NCBI GenBank assembly: GCA_963843845.1
Contig: CAWJMB010000002.1
Location: 384,001 to 448,000, forward strand
DNA length: 64,000 nt
Direction: 5' to 3'
Source of the DNA: an uncultured Gemmatimonadaceae bacterium
Lineage (GTDB): Bacteria; Gemmatimonadota; Gemmatimonadetes; Gemmatimonadales; Gemmatimonadaceae
The notes beneath the pieces are model-generated. The model was given only the letters and a program-made list of their open reading frames with translations, was not told the origin of the DNA and did no database searches. The position numbers were made by a program, and so were the translations under genes. Position 1 is the first letter of the stretch, and each line of letters opens with the position of its first letter. Shown piece by piece: positions 1-8,946 of the stretch.

Positions 1-317
1 GACCGAACGGCGTCGAGCAGCGTACCGAACGTCTCGTCACCATTCGCCAGGAGCGTCAGCCGGTTGCCACCGCGCACCGCCGTGTTCGTGTGCAGCCGGA
101 AGTGCTCGCGGAAGAGCGGCTCCGCGACGTTGAGCGGCGCCGCGTGCGCTCGGAGCGAGCGCACGCACTCGACCGCCGTGTCGCGCGCCAGGTAGGTCAC
201 CAGGACGGTGCCGAGTGCCGCGACGACCGCGAGGAGGAGTATGAGGAGGATCAGCACGGCGCCGACATGTCCCGAGAGGCGTCGGCAGGGCGTACGGGGC
301 GTACACGCCGCGTCCAC
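1..317 (-). CDS. Cardiolipin synthase / phospholipase D family, N-terminal part (runs off window start; start codon uncertain, GTG 317 or 257)
   Basis: Not in ORF track; hand translation gives TM helix VGAVLILLILLLAVVAALGTVLVTYLA then GGNRLTLLANGDETFGTLLDAVR, typical of Cls/PLD N-termini. Confidence 0.7.
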   Translation of the reverse strand, partial: MDAACTPRTPCRRLSGHVGAVLILLILLLAVVAALGTVLVTYLARDTAVECVRSLRAHAAPLNVAEPLFREHFRLHTNTAVRGGNRLTLLANGDETFGTLLDAVR

Positions 318-598
318 TCGGCAGCACGCCGTCCCGCTCCAGGGTCGCGACGATCTCGTGCAGCGGGTGCTCGGTGGGGCGGCGCCGCGACGCGTGCGGC
401 ATCCGGCGAGCGCGGAATCGCTCGCACGGCGGGACCAGACGACGGGGTCACGACGGAACACCTCGCTCGATGACGATGGACGAGCACGACGCCGGATCGG
501 CGCCGTGCCGCAGCTTCAGCATGCACGAGCCGTGCGGGCCACGCGCCGCTGCGCACCAGATCGGGTTCGACCGGGGCGCCGGGGTTGCCATCGTGGTG

Positions 599-614
599 GT
601 TTAGTTGTAAACTA
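599..614. promoter_or_regulatory. Candidate MarR operator (overlapping inverted repeats)
   Basis: AT-rich GTTTA-gttg-TAAAC and TAGTT-gta-AACTA directly before the MarR ATG at 619. Confidence 0.45.
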
Positions 615-618
615 CAGT

Positions 619-1098
619 ATGGGGGCGAGTGATCGGACCAGTGTGGCGGTCCCTGCCGACATCGTGGCGGCGAGCGCGTCGTGGCTCCGCCTGATGCGTG
701 TGACACGTCGTCTCGCGGTCGCCGGCGATCAGGCCGTGCGCGCGATCGGACTCTCCGGCTCCGAGTTCGAGTTACTCGCCGCGGTCGCGCTCGCCGAGGG
801 CACGAGCCAGCGGGAGCTCGCCGCCACCCTCGCCGTGACCAAGGGAAGTATCGCGCAGATCGCCGGGCGTCTCGAGGAGGAGCGTCTCGTCCGCCGCGAG
901 CCGGACGGCCGGCTCAACCGGGTGTACCTCACGCCGCGTGGCCGGCACCTGCTGGAACTCGCGCTTCCGGCCCACGCGGCCGCGATCGACGCCCCGCTGT
1001 CCGCGCTCACGCCGAGCACCCGGGCCCAGTTCGACGCGCAACTCGTGACGCTCGACGGCGCGGTCCGCGTGCGCGCGACCGACGACGACGTTCCGTGA
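619..1098 (+). CDS. MarR family transcriptional regulator
   Basis: wHTH signature SQRELAATLAVTKGSIAQIAGRLEEERLVRR..DGR..RVYLTPRG; ATG 619 inside ORF 208..1098. Confidence 0.9.
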   Translation: MGASDRTSVAVPADIVAASASWLRLMRVTRRLAVAGDQAVRAIGLSGSEFELLAAVALAEGTSQRELAATLAVTKGSIAQIAGRLEEERLVRREPDGRLNRVYLTPRGRHLLELALPAHAAAIDAPLSALTPSTRAQFDAQLVTLDGAVRVRATDDDVP

Positions 1099-1194
1099 GG
1101 GAAATGGGTTCACGCTTAAACATCGCGGTCGCGCGTTCCGCCTGGTCCGCCGGGCGGCGCCGCGCCGATCGCTTCACGAGTACAGGAGCTCACC

Positions 1195-1722
1195 ATGCAT
1201 GACATTCGACAGACGCTCGGCCGCGAGGGGGTGGCGCGCGGGGGGACGGCACATTCCCGCATCGCGGGCCCCGACCGGCATCGTACGTTGCCCGCGCCGG
1301 CGGAGGGGGGGCGCCACCGCCTGCCCGACGCGCAGGTCATGACGTTTCTGTACGGTCTCCGCCGCATCCCGTTCGCCGCGTGGAGCCGGTGCGACGAGAC
1401 GCCGACGGACCTCGCGCTCCAGACGCGCCTGCACACGGCGCTCGACAGCGTGCCGCAGCTCGAAGCGCGCATCCGCCGCCGCGTCGATCACGTGCTCGCG
1501 GCCTGCGACGGCATCGCACCGTCGGACGTCGTCGCCCGCATGCGCGCGGCGGCGTGTCTCGCGGCCGGCGCGCTCGCGGTGCGATCGGCGCTCACCCGCG
1601 ACGAGTTCGCGCGACTCTACGGCGCGTTCGCCACGCTCGCGCCGCTCGACAGACCGGCGCCGCTCCGACCCGCCGGCGAGTCGGGTGGGCTGACGTTTTC
1701 CTTTCCCCAGCCGACGAGCTGA
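1195..1722 (+). CDS. Hypothetical protein
   Basis: RBS CAGGAG before ATG; plausible helical sequence. Confidence 0.6.
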   Translation: MHDIRQTLGREGVARGGTAHSRIAGPDRHRTLPAPAEGGRHRLPDAQVMTFLYGLRRIPFAAWSRCDETPTDLALQTRLHTALDSVPQLEARIRRRVDHVLAACDGIAPSDVVARMRAAACLAAGALAVRSALTRDEFARLYGAFATLAPLDRPAPLRPAGESGGLTFSFPQPTS

Positions 1723-1820
1723 CCGCGACGCCGCGTGACCAGACAGGTGAGATGAACGCCCTGCCGATCGGGCTGCACGCGTCATCCGTGCGATGCAGGT
1801 GACTTCGTGAGTCGACCGGT

Positions 1821-2348
1821 TCACCGCGCTGCCGGCGCTGCCGGTGCTGCCACCGTCGCCCCTTCCGTCGCCGCGGCCGGCGCCGCGAACGCCGTGTCGA
1901 GACCGGCGGTCGCGACCAGCGATCGGTAGGTCGCCATCAGCTCGCGCAGGGTAGTCGTCGAGCGCTGATCGCCGCGGGCCAGGGCCGTGACCGTCACGTC
2001 GCGCCGCGCGAGGAGCTCGCGCGCGGCGGCGCTCGCGTCACCGCGCAACGTCGGGGCGAGACGCTGTTGGAGCCCCGTGAAGAACGCGCTCGCGCGCTGT
2101 CGCCCGGGCTCGAAGCGGTCCTGCTGCGTCTCGTCGACGGCGGCCGCGAGGGTGGTTTCGAGCCGCGCGGCGACCAGCGCCTGGCGGAGGCGGCGCGTCT
2201 CCGACTCGAGACCTCGCACGTGTACGTACTGCCACACGACGCCGGCGACGAGGACGACCAGCATCGCGAGAACCGCCCAGCCGTTGACCTGGAAGGGGGG
2301 ACGGTCGCGGCGCGGCGCGGCGGGGTCGCTGTTCGCTGTCTGGGACAT
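1821..2348 (-). CDS. Hypothetical single-pass membrane protein
   Basis: MSQTANSD start, TM WAVLAMLVVLVAGVVWQY, then coiled/helical region. Confidence 0.7.
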   Translation of the reverse strand: MSQTANSDPAAPRRDRPPFQVNGWAVLAMLVVLVAGVVWQYVHVRGLESETRRLRQALVAARLETTLAAAVDETQQDRFEPGRQRASAFFTGLQQRLAPTLRGDASAAARELLARRDVTVTALARGDQRSTTTLRELMATYRSLVATAGLDTAFAAPAAATEGATVAAPAAPAAR

Positions 2349-2543
2349 GCGGGCGTCCTGTGAAGGGAAGGGATCGATCGATTCCGGAGCGTTCGAACCA
2401 CCCACGATGCGACTCGCACCGGACGCCGGCAACTGCGCGGCTCGTCGTCGCTCTGGACGGCAGTGGCATCTTCGGGATATGTTCGGGTCTCGTTCGGCCG
2501 AGGGACGACGTTGTCCGGCCTCGGTGCTCTTTCACGAGAACCT

Positions 2544-2557
2544 CGAACACTCGTTCC
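2544..2557. promoter_or_regulatory. LexA-like (Cheo-box type) palindrome CGAAC-ACTC-GTTCC
   Basis: GAAC-N4-GTTC at 2545-2556, 7 nt before ATG 2564; a GTTC-N7-GTTC repeat also lies at 2481-2495. Confidence 0.5.
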
Positions 2558-2563
2558 GTCGCC

Positions 2564-3592
2564 ATGACCGAATCGCGCGCCCCCGCTCTGCGATCGCCGG
2601 AGGACATCGCGCACCGTCTCGCGCTCGCTGCCGCCCGCGCCCGGGTCGAGCGCGAGCGCGTCGCGCGGCTGGCCGACGACGCGCTCCTGGCGGCGATGCG
2701 GACCGACGATGATCCATTCGCGTGGGCCGAGTATTTCAGCCGCTTCCGGCCGCTGCTCACCGACTATGTGGGTCGCGTGCGCACGATCCCCGGCGTGGAC
2801 GTGATCGATCTGCACCACGCCCTCGTCGACGATCTGCTCGCCGAGGAAGCCGAGCGGCTCATGCGGTCGACGGCAGGCGTGCACACGCGGATCGCTCCGT
2901 ATCTCCTGCGCGCCGCGCGCAGCCGCCTCGCGAACCTGCGCCGCAGCGCGACGCGCCGGCAGCGGCTCTACTTCGGCGCGGCCCTCGACAGCGCCGACGG
3001 CGTCGTCGACGGGACCATGTCGGAATACGCGCGCCGGTCGAGCCGTGCGCGCGCGATCCACGAGCCGTCACCGATCGCCGGCGGCGCGGCCGGCGCGGCC
3101 GGCGCCCCGGTCGCCGGGAGCGCGAGCGACGCGGAGCGACCGCCGCCCGTCGTCGCATCGCTCGCCGCCCTGATGCGTGCCGCGACGACGCCCGAGGAGC
3201 AGCTGATCCTGTCGTGGCTCGGTCAGCGTATTCCGCACCGTACGATCGCCACGTGGCTGGGCGCCGAGTATGACGCGACAGCGAAGCGATGCTGGCGGCT
3301 CTGCAAACGGCTTCGCGCCGCGGCGGTCACGTACGCCGCCGGGCTCGCGCCCGACGAGCGTCACGAGATCGAGCGATTCCTGCGCCGGGCGGGCGTGCTC
3401 CCTGCGCTCGCGCCACCGATGGTCGCTGCGTCTGCGCGACCCGCGCGCGCGACGCGAGGCGCGAGCGCCGCGCCGGTCCGCTCGATCGCCATCGACACGA
3501 CAGTGGCGCCAGCCACGACCCCTTCCACCGCGACGATCGCCGCTCCGCCGAGTGGCGCACCGTCTGTCACAGAGCTCGACGATCATGCCTGA
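2564..3592 (+). CDS. Divergent ECF-type sigma-70 factor
   Basis: DDALLAAMRTDDDPFAWAEYFSRFRPLL (ECF N-terminus), YLLRAARSRLANLRRS (sigma2-like), TPEEQLILSWLGQRIPHRTIATWLGAEYDATAKRCWRLCKRLR (sigma4 HTH-like). Confidence 0.7.
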   Translation: MTESRAPALRSPEDIAHRLALAAARARVERERVARLADDALLAAMRTDDDPFAWAEYFSRFRPLLTDYVGRVRTIPGVDVIDLHHALVDDLLAEEAERLMRSTAGVHTRIAPYLLRAARSRLANLRRSATRRQRLYFGAALDSADGVVDGTMSEYARRSSRARAIHEPSPIAGGAAGAAGAPVAGSASDAERPPPVVASLAALMRAATTPEEQLILSWLGQRIPHRTIATWLGAEYDATAKRCWRLCKRLRAAAVTYAAGLAPDERHEIERFLRRAGVLPALAPPMVAASARPARATRGASAAPVRSIAIDTTVAPATTPSTATIAAPPSGAPSVTELDDHA

Positions 3593-4376
3593 CCGTCCAC
3601 CGCTCCCGTTCCGCCGTCGCGACAGTGCGACCCCTGCGTCCGCCCCCCCTGTGCCGGGCGATGCGCGCTTCCTCGACGCGCTCGCTGCCGGGGCGTACGA
3701 CCAGGCGCTCGCCCAACTCGCGAGCGGCCATCTCGTCGACGACGCCGAGTCGGCGCTGTGGGACGATCCGCGCTTTCTGGACTGGTGGGCGGCGCAGCAA
3801 CGCGTCACTGCCGCGACGGGCTCGGCGCTCACCGACGCGTCGTCGGACTCGGACCTCGGCTACCTCGCCGACGGGATCGCGTTGCGAGCGCGTGTGCGCG
3901 CGCGCCAGCTCGGCGTGCGTCGGTACGATGCGGCGCCGACGCTGCGCCCCGCTCCCGTCGTGGCCCCCCCGGCCGAATCGCTCGAACGGGCGGCGGGCGC
4001 ACGCGCGACGCCGTTCATCGATCTGGCGGTCGCCGCCGGCGCCGGCCGCGCGCTCTGGGACGAGCCGGTCGACACGTGGGTCGTGCTGCCGACCGACGTT
4101 CCCGATGGGCGGTACCTCGCGTTGCGCGTCGCCGGCGACAGCATGACACCCGCGATCTCCCCGGGCGACACGGTGCTCGTCGCGCTCGGCCGGCCGCCAC
4201 GCGCGGGGGCGGCGGTCGTCGCGCAGCACCCGGACGATGGCTACGTCTGCAAACGGGTGCGTCGCGTTCGGCGGACGACGCTCGAGCTGGAGTCGCTCGC
4301 ACCGGGCCGCCCCCTCATCACTCTCCCCCGCCGCGACGATCTCGTACTCGGCGTCGTGATCGGGGCCTGGCGGTGA
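3585..4376 (+). CDS. S24 (LexA/UmuD-type) autopeptidase with non-HTH N-terminal domain
   Basis: VAAG cleavage-site motif (4029-4040), RVAGDSM catalytic Ser (4140), VCKR catalytic Lys (4251); start overlaps the sigma stop (ATGccTGA). Confidence 0.85.
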   Translation: MPDRPPLPFRRRDSATPASAPPVPGDARFLDALAAGAYDQALAQLASGHLVDDAESALWDDPRFLDWWAAQQRVTAATGSALTDASSDSDLGYLADGIALRARVRARQLGVRRYDAAPTLRPAPVVAPPAESLERAAGARATPFIDLAVAAGAGRALWDEPVDTWVVLPTDVPDGRYLALRVAGDSMTPAISPGDTVLVALGRPPRAGAAVVAQHPDDGYVCKRVRRVRRTTLELESLAPGRPLITLPRRDDLVLGVVIGAWR

Positions 4377-4427
4377 TGCGACAGCGACAGGCGACTTCGA
4401 CCAGCGGTGGGGATCGGTGCCGTCCCG

Positions 4428-6569
4428 CTACGGCGTGACGCCACGCGGCACCGCGGCCATCCGTACCTCCGTCATCGTCACCACGTGGCGCCGCAACGCG
4501 GCCGAGAACGTCAGCGGGATGTAGCCGGCGAGCGACGCGGAGAACGTCTGCGCTCCCTCGGGCAGGTCGGAGAGCACGAAACGCCCGAGCCGGTCGGTCG
4601 TCGCGACGCGCTCGGCGCCCGCACCCCCAGCGAGCGCGATGCGGACGTCGGGGAGGAGGGCGCCGTCGGCACCACGAACCACGCCGCGCAGCATCGCCGA
4701 CGGCACCTGGGCTACCAGCCGCGGTGGTGTCGCGACAGTGAAGTCGTGCCGCCGGATGCCCAGCGCCGGGATCGGTGCCACGAACGGCCCGCTCGTGTCG
4801 CGCGTCGCGACCGCCACGACACTCGGTTGCGCGGAGGGCGGAACGCCGCAGATCCGATACATCCCCTGGCGGTCGGTCGCCGCCGCGACCTCGACGAGCT
4901 GCGCCTGCTCGCGCGGCGATCCCGGCAGCCCCGGCGCCGCGGGGCGCAGCTCGATCCAGCTCGCCCGCACGGTCGCGTTCGCCACCACGCGATCGCCGTA
5001 GGACCGTACGGTCCCGAAAACGAGGGTGCTGTCTCTCACCGACGCCCGACCGTCGCTCGGCCGGGCGCAGCCGGTGAACAGCGTACGGCGGGACGGTGTC
5101 GCGACATCGCCCTGCACGAGCGCCCCCGGCGTCAGCCGCACGTCGTAGCTCGGGAGCACGGCGCCGGCGGAGTCGAAGACGGTCGACGAGAACGTGAGGC
5201 GGTACGTCCCCGCAGGGATCGAATCGAGCAGGTAGCGCCCCACGCTGTCCGTCTCGACGACGCGCGGGTCGATCGCCACCGCGGGGTCGTCCGCGATCCC
5301 CTCGCCGATCGCTCTCGGTACCAGCGCGACCGCTGCGCGAACGAGCGGCCGCATGTGCAGACTGTCGTAGACCGCGCCTTCGATCCGCGCCGGGAACGTC
5401 AGCGCCTCGTAGGGCGCGAGCACCAGCGCGAGCGACGAAGGAAGGCCGCTCGGCGGTGCGGCGATTCCGCTCACCACGCCGCCGGACTCGACGTAGCCGG
5501 ACGGACGCGTCTGCCGGGTGACGAACGGCGTGGCGAAGCGCGGCATCCGGACGTGCCACGCGCTCACGATCCACCGCCCTCCCGGCAGCGACTCGAACAC
5601 GACGCGTCCGCCGCTCCGCCCCTCACCGATCGCCGCGGTCGGGAGACGGGTGGTCGCGTACCAGAAGTCCAGGTAGCGCAGCTCGGCGCTCGACGGATCC
5701 ATCCACAGCGTGCCGGCGATGTCGGGCACGTTGCGGCGGTTCGGCGCCGGCGTGAAGCGCACGCCGAGGAGCCCCTGCGACGGGCCGCGGCCGCTGACGG
5801 CCTCGAAGCAGTGGTCGCGCAGGAACTCGTCCGACAGCAGGACCTCGGCGTCGGGGCCGAAGAACGTCACGCCGTCGCGCGCGGTGCGGAGGTAGCCGGA
5901 GTCGGACAGGACGCGCGCGTCGATCGCCGAGAACGGGCGCGTCGTCTCCGTCCGCCGGGGCAGCGCGACGCTCACCTCGAGCAGGTCGCCGTCGGTCGAC
6001 ACGCGCCGGCGGAACGTGCGGCTGACGAGCCCCGCCGCGGCGCTCGACCCCGCGCTCGCGCTGTCGCCGGCCGCGACCGTCGTCACCCGGTCGCGCGCGC
6101 GCTCGTCGCCGGTGAGCGCCGTCGCGAGCAACGCCTTCCGGGCTTCCTCGAGCAGCGAGGCGACCGTGCCGGCGGCGCTCGCCTCGCGCGCGCACCGCCG
6201 CGCGCCGGTGATGCGCATGGCGCTCAGCACGACGCGCCGCGCGGGTACGCGCAGCGCCACGGCGACGGTGTCGGTGCCCGAGACCGTCACCGGCGGCGAC
6301 AGGAACGGCTCGTAGCCGATCCGGCGAATGCGGACCGTGTACGTCCCGGCGGCGAGAAGGGGCACGACCCGGCTCCCGTCGTCGCGCAGCAGCAGTTGCG
6401 CCGCGTTCACCCCCTGCGCGTCGACGACGTCGGCGATCGCGCCGGCGAGCGGCTGCCCGGTCGTCTCCTCGGTCGCACGTATGCGGAGCGCCTGCGCGCC
6501 GAGCGTGCGCCCGCCGAGTGCGAGAGCGCCGAGTGCGAGAGCGCCGAGTGCGGCGCGGCGACAGGTCAT
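4428..6569 (-). CDS. Secreted protein with several carboxypeptidase-regulatory-like (CarboxypepD_reg) domains
   Basis: Signal peptide; repeated TD..G.Y/F..L..GTY modules (GTYTVRIRRIGYEP, ETDSVGRYLLDSIPAGTY, TDRQGMYRICGVP, TDRLGRFVLSDLPEG). Confidence 0.8.
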   Translation of the reverse strand: MTCRRAALGALALGALALGGRTLGAQALRIRATEETTGQPLAGAIADVVDAQGVNAAQLLLRDDGSRVVPLLAAGTYTVRIRRIGYEPFLSPPVTVSGTDTVAVALRVPARRVVLSAMRITGARRCAREASAAGTVASLLEEARKALLATALTGDERARDRVTTVAAGDSASAGSSAAAGLVSRTFRRRVSTDGDLLEVSVALPRRTETTRPFSAIDARVLSDSGYLRTARDGVTFFGPDAEVLLSDEFLRDHCFEAVSGRGPSQGLLGVRFTPAPNRRNVPDIAGTLWMDPSSAELRYLDFWYATTRLPTAAIGEGRSGGRVVFESLPGGRWIVSAWHVRMPRFATPFVTRQTRPSGYVESGGVVSGIAAPPSGLPSSLALVLAPYEALTFPARIEGAVYDSLHMRPLVRAAVALVPRAIGEGIADDPAVAIDPRVVETDSVGRYLLDSIPAGTYRLTFSSTVFDSAGAVLPSYDVRLTPGALVQGDVATPSRRTLFTGCARPSDGRASVRDSTLVFGTVRSYGDRVVANATVRASWIELRPAAPGLPGSPREQAQLVEVAAATDRQGMYRICGVPPSAQPSVVAVATRDTSGPFVAPIPALGIRRHDFTVATPPRLVAQVPSAMLRGVVRGADGALLPDVRIALAGGAGAERVATTDRLGRFVLSDLPEGAQTFSASLAGYIPLTFSAALRRHVVTMTEVRMAAVPRGVTP

Positions 6570-6634
6570 GCCAGCCCGAGGTGTGGAGTGACGACAGGCG
6601 CGACGTGCTGCCGGCGGTGCTGCCGAACGCGCGG

Positions 6635-7117
6635 CTACCGTGCCACCGTCGCCGTTCGCGCCGCACACACCCGAATCAGCTCCGCCGGCGCGAGCGCGAT
6701 CTCCAGCCCCCGACGCCCCGCGCTGACGTACATCGTCTCCAACGCGAGCGCCGACGCGTCGACGACCGTCGGCAGTCGCTTCCGTTGGCCGAGCGGACTG
6801 ATCCCGCCGATCACGTAGCCGGTCGCCCGCTGCGCGACGTCGGACGCCGCCATCTCGGCGCGCCGTCCGCCGACGGCGTCGGCGAGCGCCTTGAGGTCGA
6901 GCGAGCGGTCGACCGGCACGAGCGCGACGGTCAATCCGCCGCCGGGCGCCGACCCCGGCGTGACGATCACGACGAGCGTCTTGAACACCGCGGCAGGGTC
7001 GAGCCCGAGCGCGTCCGCCGCCTCGACGCCGTAGGACGGCGCGGCGGGATCGTGGTCGTAGCTCAGCAGCTCGAAGCGAACGCCCGCCGTGCGCGCCGCG
7101 ACGACGGCCGGCGTCAC
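6635..7117 (-). CDS. ybaK: Cys-tRNA(Pro) deacylase YbaK/EbsC
   Basis: MTPA start, VFKTLV, LDLKALA, TGYVIGGISPLGQRKRLPTVVD, VSAGRRGLEI. Confidence 0.92.
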   Translation of the reverse strand: MTPAVVAARTAGVRFELLSYDHDPAAPSYGVEAADALGLDPAAVFKTLVVIVTPGSAPGGGLTVALVPVDRSLDLKALADAVGGRRAEMAASDVAQRATGYVIGGISPLGQRKRLPTVVDASALALETMYVSAGRRGLEIALAPAELIRVCAARTATVAR

Positions 7118-7148
7118 GCGCCGAACGTCACGTCGGGGAGCCCGCGCG

Positions 7149-7337
7149 TCAGAACTCGCGCCGCTTCATCTCCTTGAAGAACGTCGACCGCTCGATGTCC
7201 GCCTCGTCGCTCTTCTCGGCGTCGGGGCGCTGGGTGGCGGCGAGCGTCTTGTCGTAGACCTTCGACTTCTTCGCCGCGGACTGCTCGACCTTCGCGACGT
7301 TCTTCTTGATGAGCTTCGCGAGCTGGTTGTCTTTCAT
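7149..7337 (-). CDS. Small Lys-rich hypothetical protein (62 aa)
   Basis: RBS GGAG; strong GC3 bias with AAG codons; MKDNQLAKLIKK...FFKEMKRREF. Confidence 0.75.
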   Translation of the reverse strand: MKDNQLAKLIKKNVAKVEQSAAKKSKVYDKTLAATQRPDAEKSDEADIERSTFFKEMKRREF

Positions 7338-7346
7338 CGAGAGCTC

Positions 7347-7411
7347 CGGGGATCGGGGATCGGGGATCGAGGCCGGGGATCGAAGGAGCCGATCCCCGAC
7401 CCCCGATCCCG
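7347..7411. repeat. 7-bp tandem repeat (CGGGGAT x4) with inverted copy
   Basis: CGGGGAT at 7347, 7354, 7361, 7374; complementary CGATCCCCGACCCCCGATCCCG at 7390-7411. Confidence 0.8.
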
Positions 7412-7448
7412 AGGAACGCCATCAATGGACGCGCGAGGACGTTCGCCG

Positions 7449-7925
7449 TCAACCGCGGCGCACGCACTGCGCGGCGAGACGGAAACGTACGGTGTCGGTC
7501 AGTCCGGCGCGTACGGCGATGGTGAAGCGCCGCGGCTGATAGCCGGTGCCCGTCGCCGCGAGCACGTAGCGGCCCGCAGCGAGCGGCCCGCTGCGCAAGG
7601 TACCGGCGCCGGCCGCGGCGAGCGACTGCGCCGAGGTGACGGGGGCGCCCGCCCGCAGCAGGCGGACCGGCCCTTCCGGCTGTGTGAGCCCCGAGTCCGC
7701 CGACGCGAGCTGCACGACGAGCGCGCCGGGGCCGGTGAGCGGACGCGACGGCCGGCGCGGCGTGCGCGCGCGGGAGACGGCGACCGCGGTACGCTGGCCG
7801 CAATAGCCGGCGACGGGAGTCATCACCGCGCCATGAGGCGACGAGCCACCGCGGGTGGCGCGGCTGCACGCCGTCGCCGCGAGGACCGCGGCGAGCGACG
7901 CGCCGGCGCGCGCGACGCGTCTCAC
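7449..7925 (-). CDS. Lipoprotein with carboxypeptidase-regulatory-like domain
   Basis: GTG start overlapping upstream stop (GTGA); lipobox LAATAC; AGRYVLAATGTGYQP. Confidence 0.65.
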   Translation of the reverse strand: MRRVARAGASLAAVLAATACSRATRGGSSPHGAVMTPVAGYCGQRTAVAVSRARTPRRPSRPLTGPGALVVQLASADSGLTQPEGPVRLLRAGAPVTSAQSLAAAGAGTLRSGPLAAGRYVLAATGTGYQPRRFTIAVRAGLTDTVRFRLAAQCVRRG

Positions 7926-8584
7926 GTCTTCTGCGGCAGCTCCGCCGCCGCGCGCGGCGACTCGGCGAACAGCTTCGTCACGAAGCGCTGTCCCTCGCCG
8001 ATCCGCTCGACCTCGACGGCGACGGCGTCGACCGCGTGCTCGAGGCGCGCCATCCGCTCGACGAGCTCCGCAGTGAGGGCGGTCGGGGCGGCGACGGGGC
8101 GCTTCCACAGCCGCCGCGCGTAGGCGAGCGTCAGCGGAAACAGCACGAAGACGATCATCGTGCAGGCGACGATCATCGCCACCGGCGGCCCGTCGTTCAC
8201 CCGGATCTCGCGCGGCGGATCGGGAACGACGGCGCCTGGGATCCCGGCCGCCTGCGCGACCGCTTCGTCGTTCGCCCCGATCTGACGGTTGACCGACGTG
8301 ATGCGCCCGTCGACTTCGGTGAGCTGCGCCTGCAGCCCCGAGCGATTCACCCCGTCGAGCTGCTGGTCGTTGAGCTGCTCCGACAGCTCCTCGCGCCGGT
8401 CGGTGAGCCCCTCCATCTGCTCGCGCAGCTCGTCGCCGCGCGCCTTCAGCGCACGCAGCACGTCGGCCGGCCCGCCCGTCACGCCGCTCACCGTCACACC
8501 ACCGTTGCGAGAGACGACGACGACCGGCCCGCCCGGCGTCGGCGGAGCGGGGGGTGTCGGTGGAACGGGGGGGGCGACCTGCAT
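7922..8584 (-). CDS. Hypothetical membrane protein (Pro-rich, coiled-coil, TM, cytoplasmic coiled-coil)
   Basis: TM MIVACTMIVFVLFPLTLAYA; C-terminal RMARLEHAVDAVAVEVERIGEGQRFVTKL. Confidence 0.8.
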   Translation of the reverse strand: MQVAPPVPPTPPAPPTPGGPVVVVSRNGGVTVSGVTGGPADVLRALKARGDELREQMEGLTDRREELSEQLNDQQLDGVNRSGLQAQLTEVDGRITSVNRQIGANDEAVAQAAGIPGAVVPDPPREIRVNDGPPVAMIVACTMIVFVLFPLTLAYARRLWKRPVAAPTALTAELVERMARLEHAVDAVAVEVERIGEGQRFVTKLFAESPRAAAELPQKT

Positions 8585-8690
8585 GAGAACACTCCGAGCC
8601 TGGTGACGACCGAGCGAAGATAACGCGTCGGCCCAATACGCCGTGGGGTCGACGGCGGGTTTCACGACGGCGCGCCGCCGCTCACCCGGC

Positions 8691-8840
8691 TCAACGCGCG
8701 ACCGGTGGCGGGACGTAGTGCATGACCAGCGTCGAGAGGGTGGAGATGAGCGCGACGGTGATCGCGGTGATCGCGGCCCACGCCTCCTTGCTGAGGCGCG
8801 GCGTGCGGCGCGAACCGACGCGGCGGCGTGTGCGAGTCAT
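8691..8840 (-). CDS. Small membrane protein (49 aa), not in ORF track
   Basis: RBS CCGGAG; MTRTRRRVGSRRTPRLSKEAWAAITAITVALISTLSTLVMHYVPPPVAR. Confidence 0.55.
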   Translation of the reverse strand: MTRTRRRVGSRRTPRLSKEAWAAITAITVALISTLSTLVMHYVPPPVAR

Positions 8841-8946
8841 GTGCGGCTCCGGCATGTGAGACACCCCAAGAGCACCGGCGCCGGACGCGTGCAGCCGCTA
8901 CTCTCCGTCGTCTCCCGCTCACGATCCGCCTTTCACGACCCGTCGG

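Noticed and set aside
448..591. Short minus-strand ORF MATPAPRSNP divergent from marR
   Set aside because: 47 codons with no recognisable features; cannot support it as a gene.
3585..4376. Calling the S24 gene lexA, umuD or a prophage repressor
   Set aside because: No recognisable HTH, no umuC and no phage genes nearby.
6514..6551. 15-bp in-frame repeat encoding ALGAL
   Set aside because: Simple slippage within a signal-peptide hydrophobic region.
4407..6818. Long Arg-rich antisense or alternative-frame ORFs (also 19698..22523, 38947..41544, 35557..37947, 56941..58512)
   Set aside because: Arg/Ala/Pro-rich shadows of well-supported genes; no motifs.
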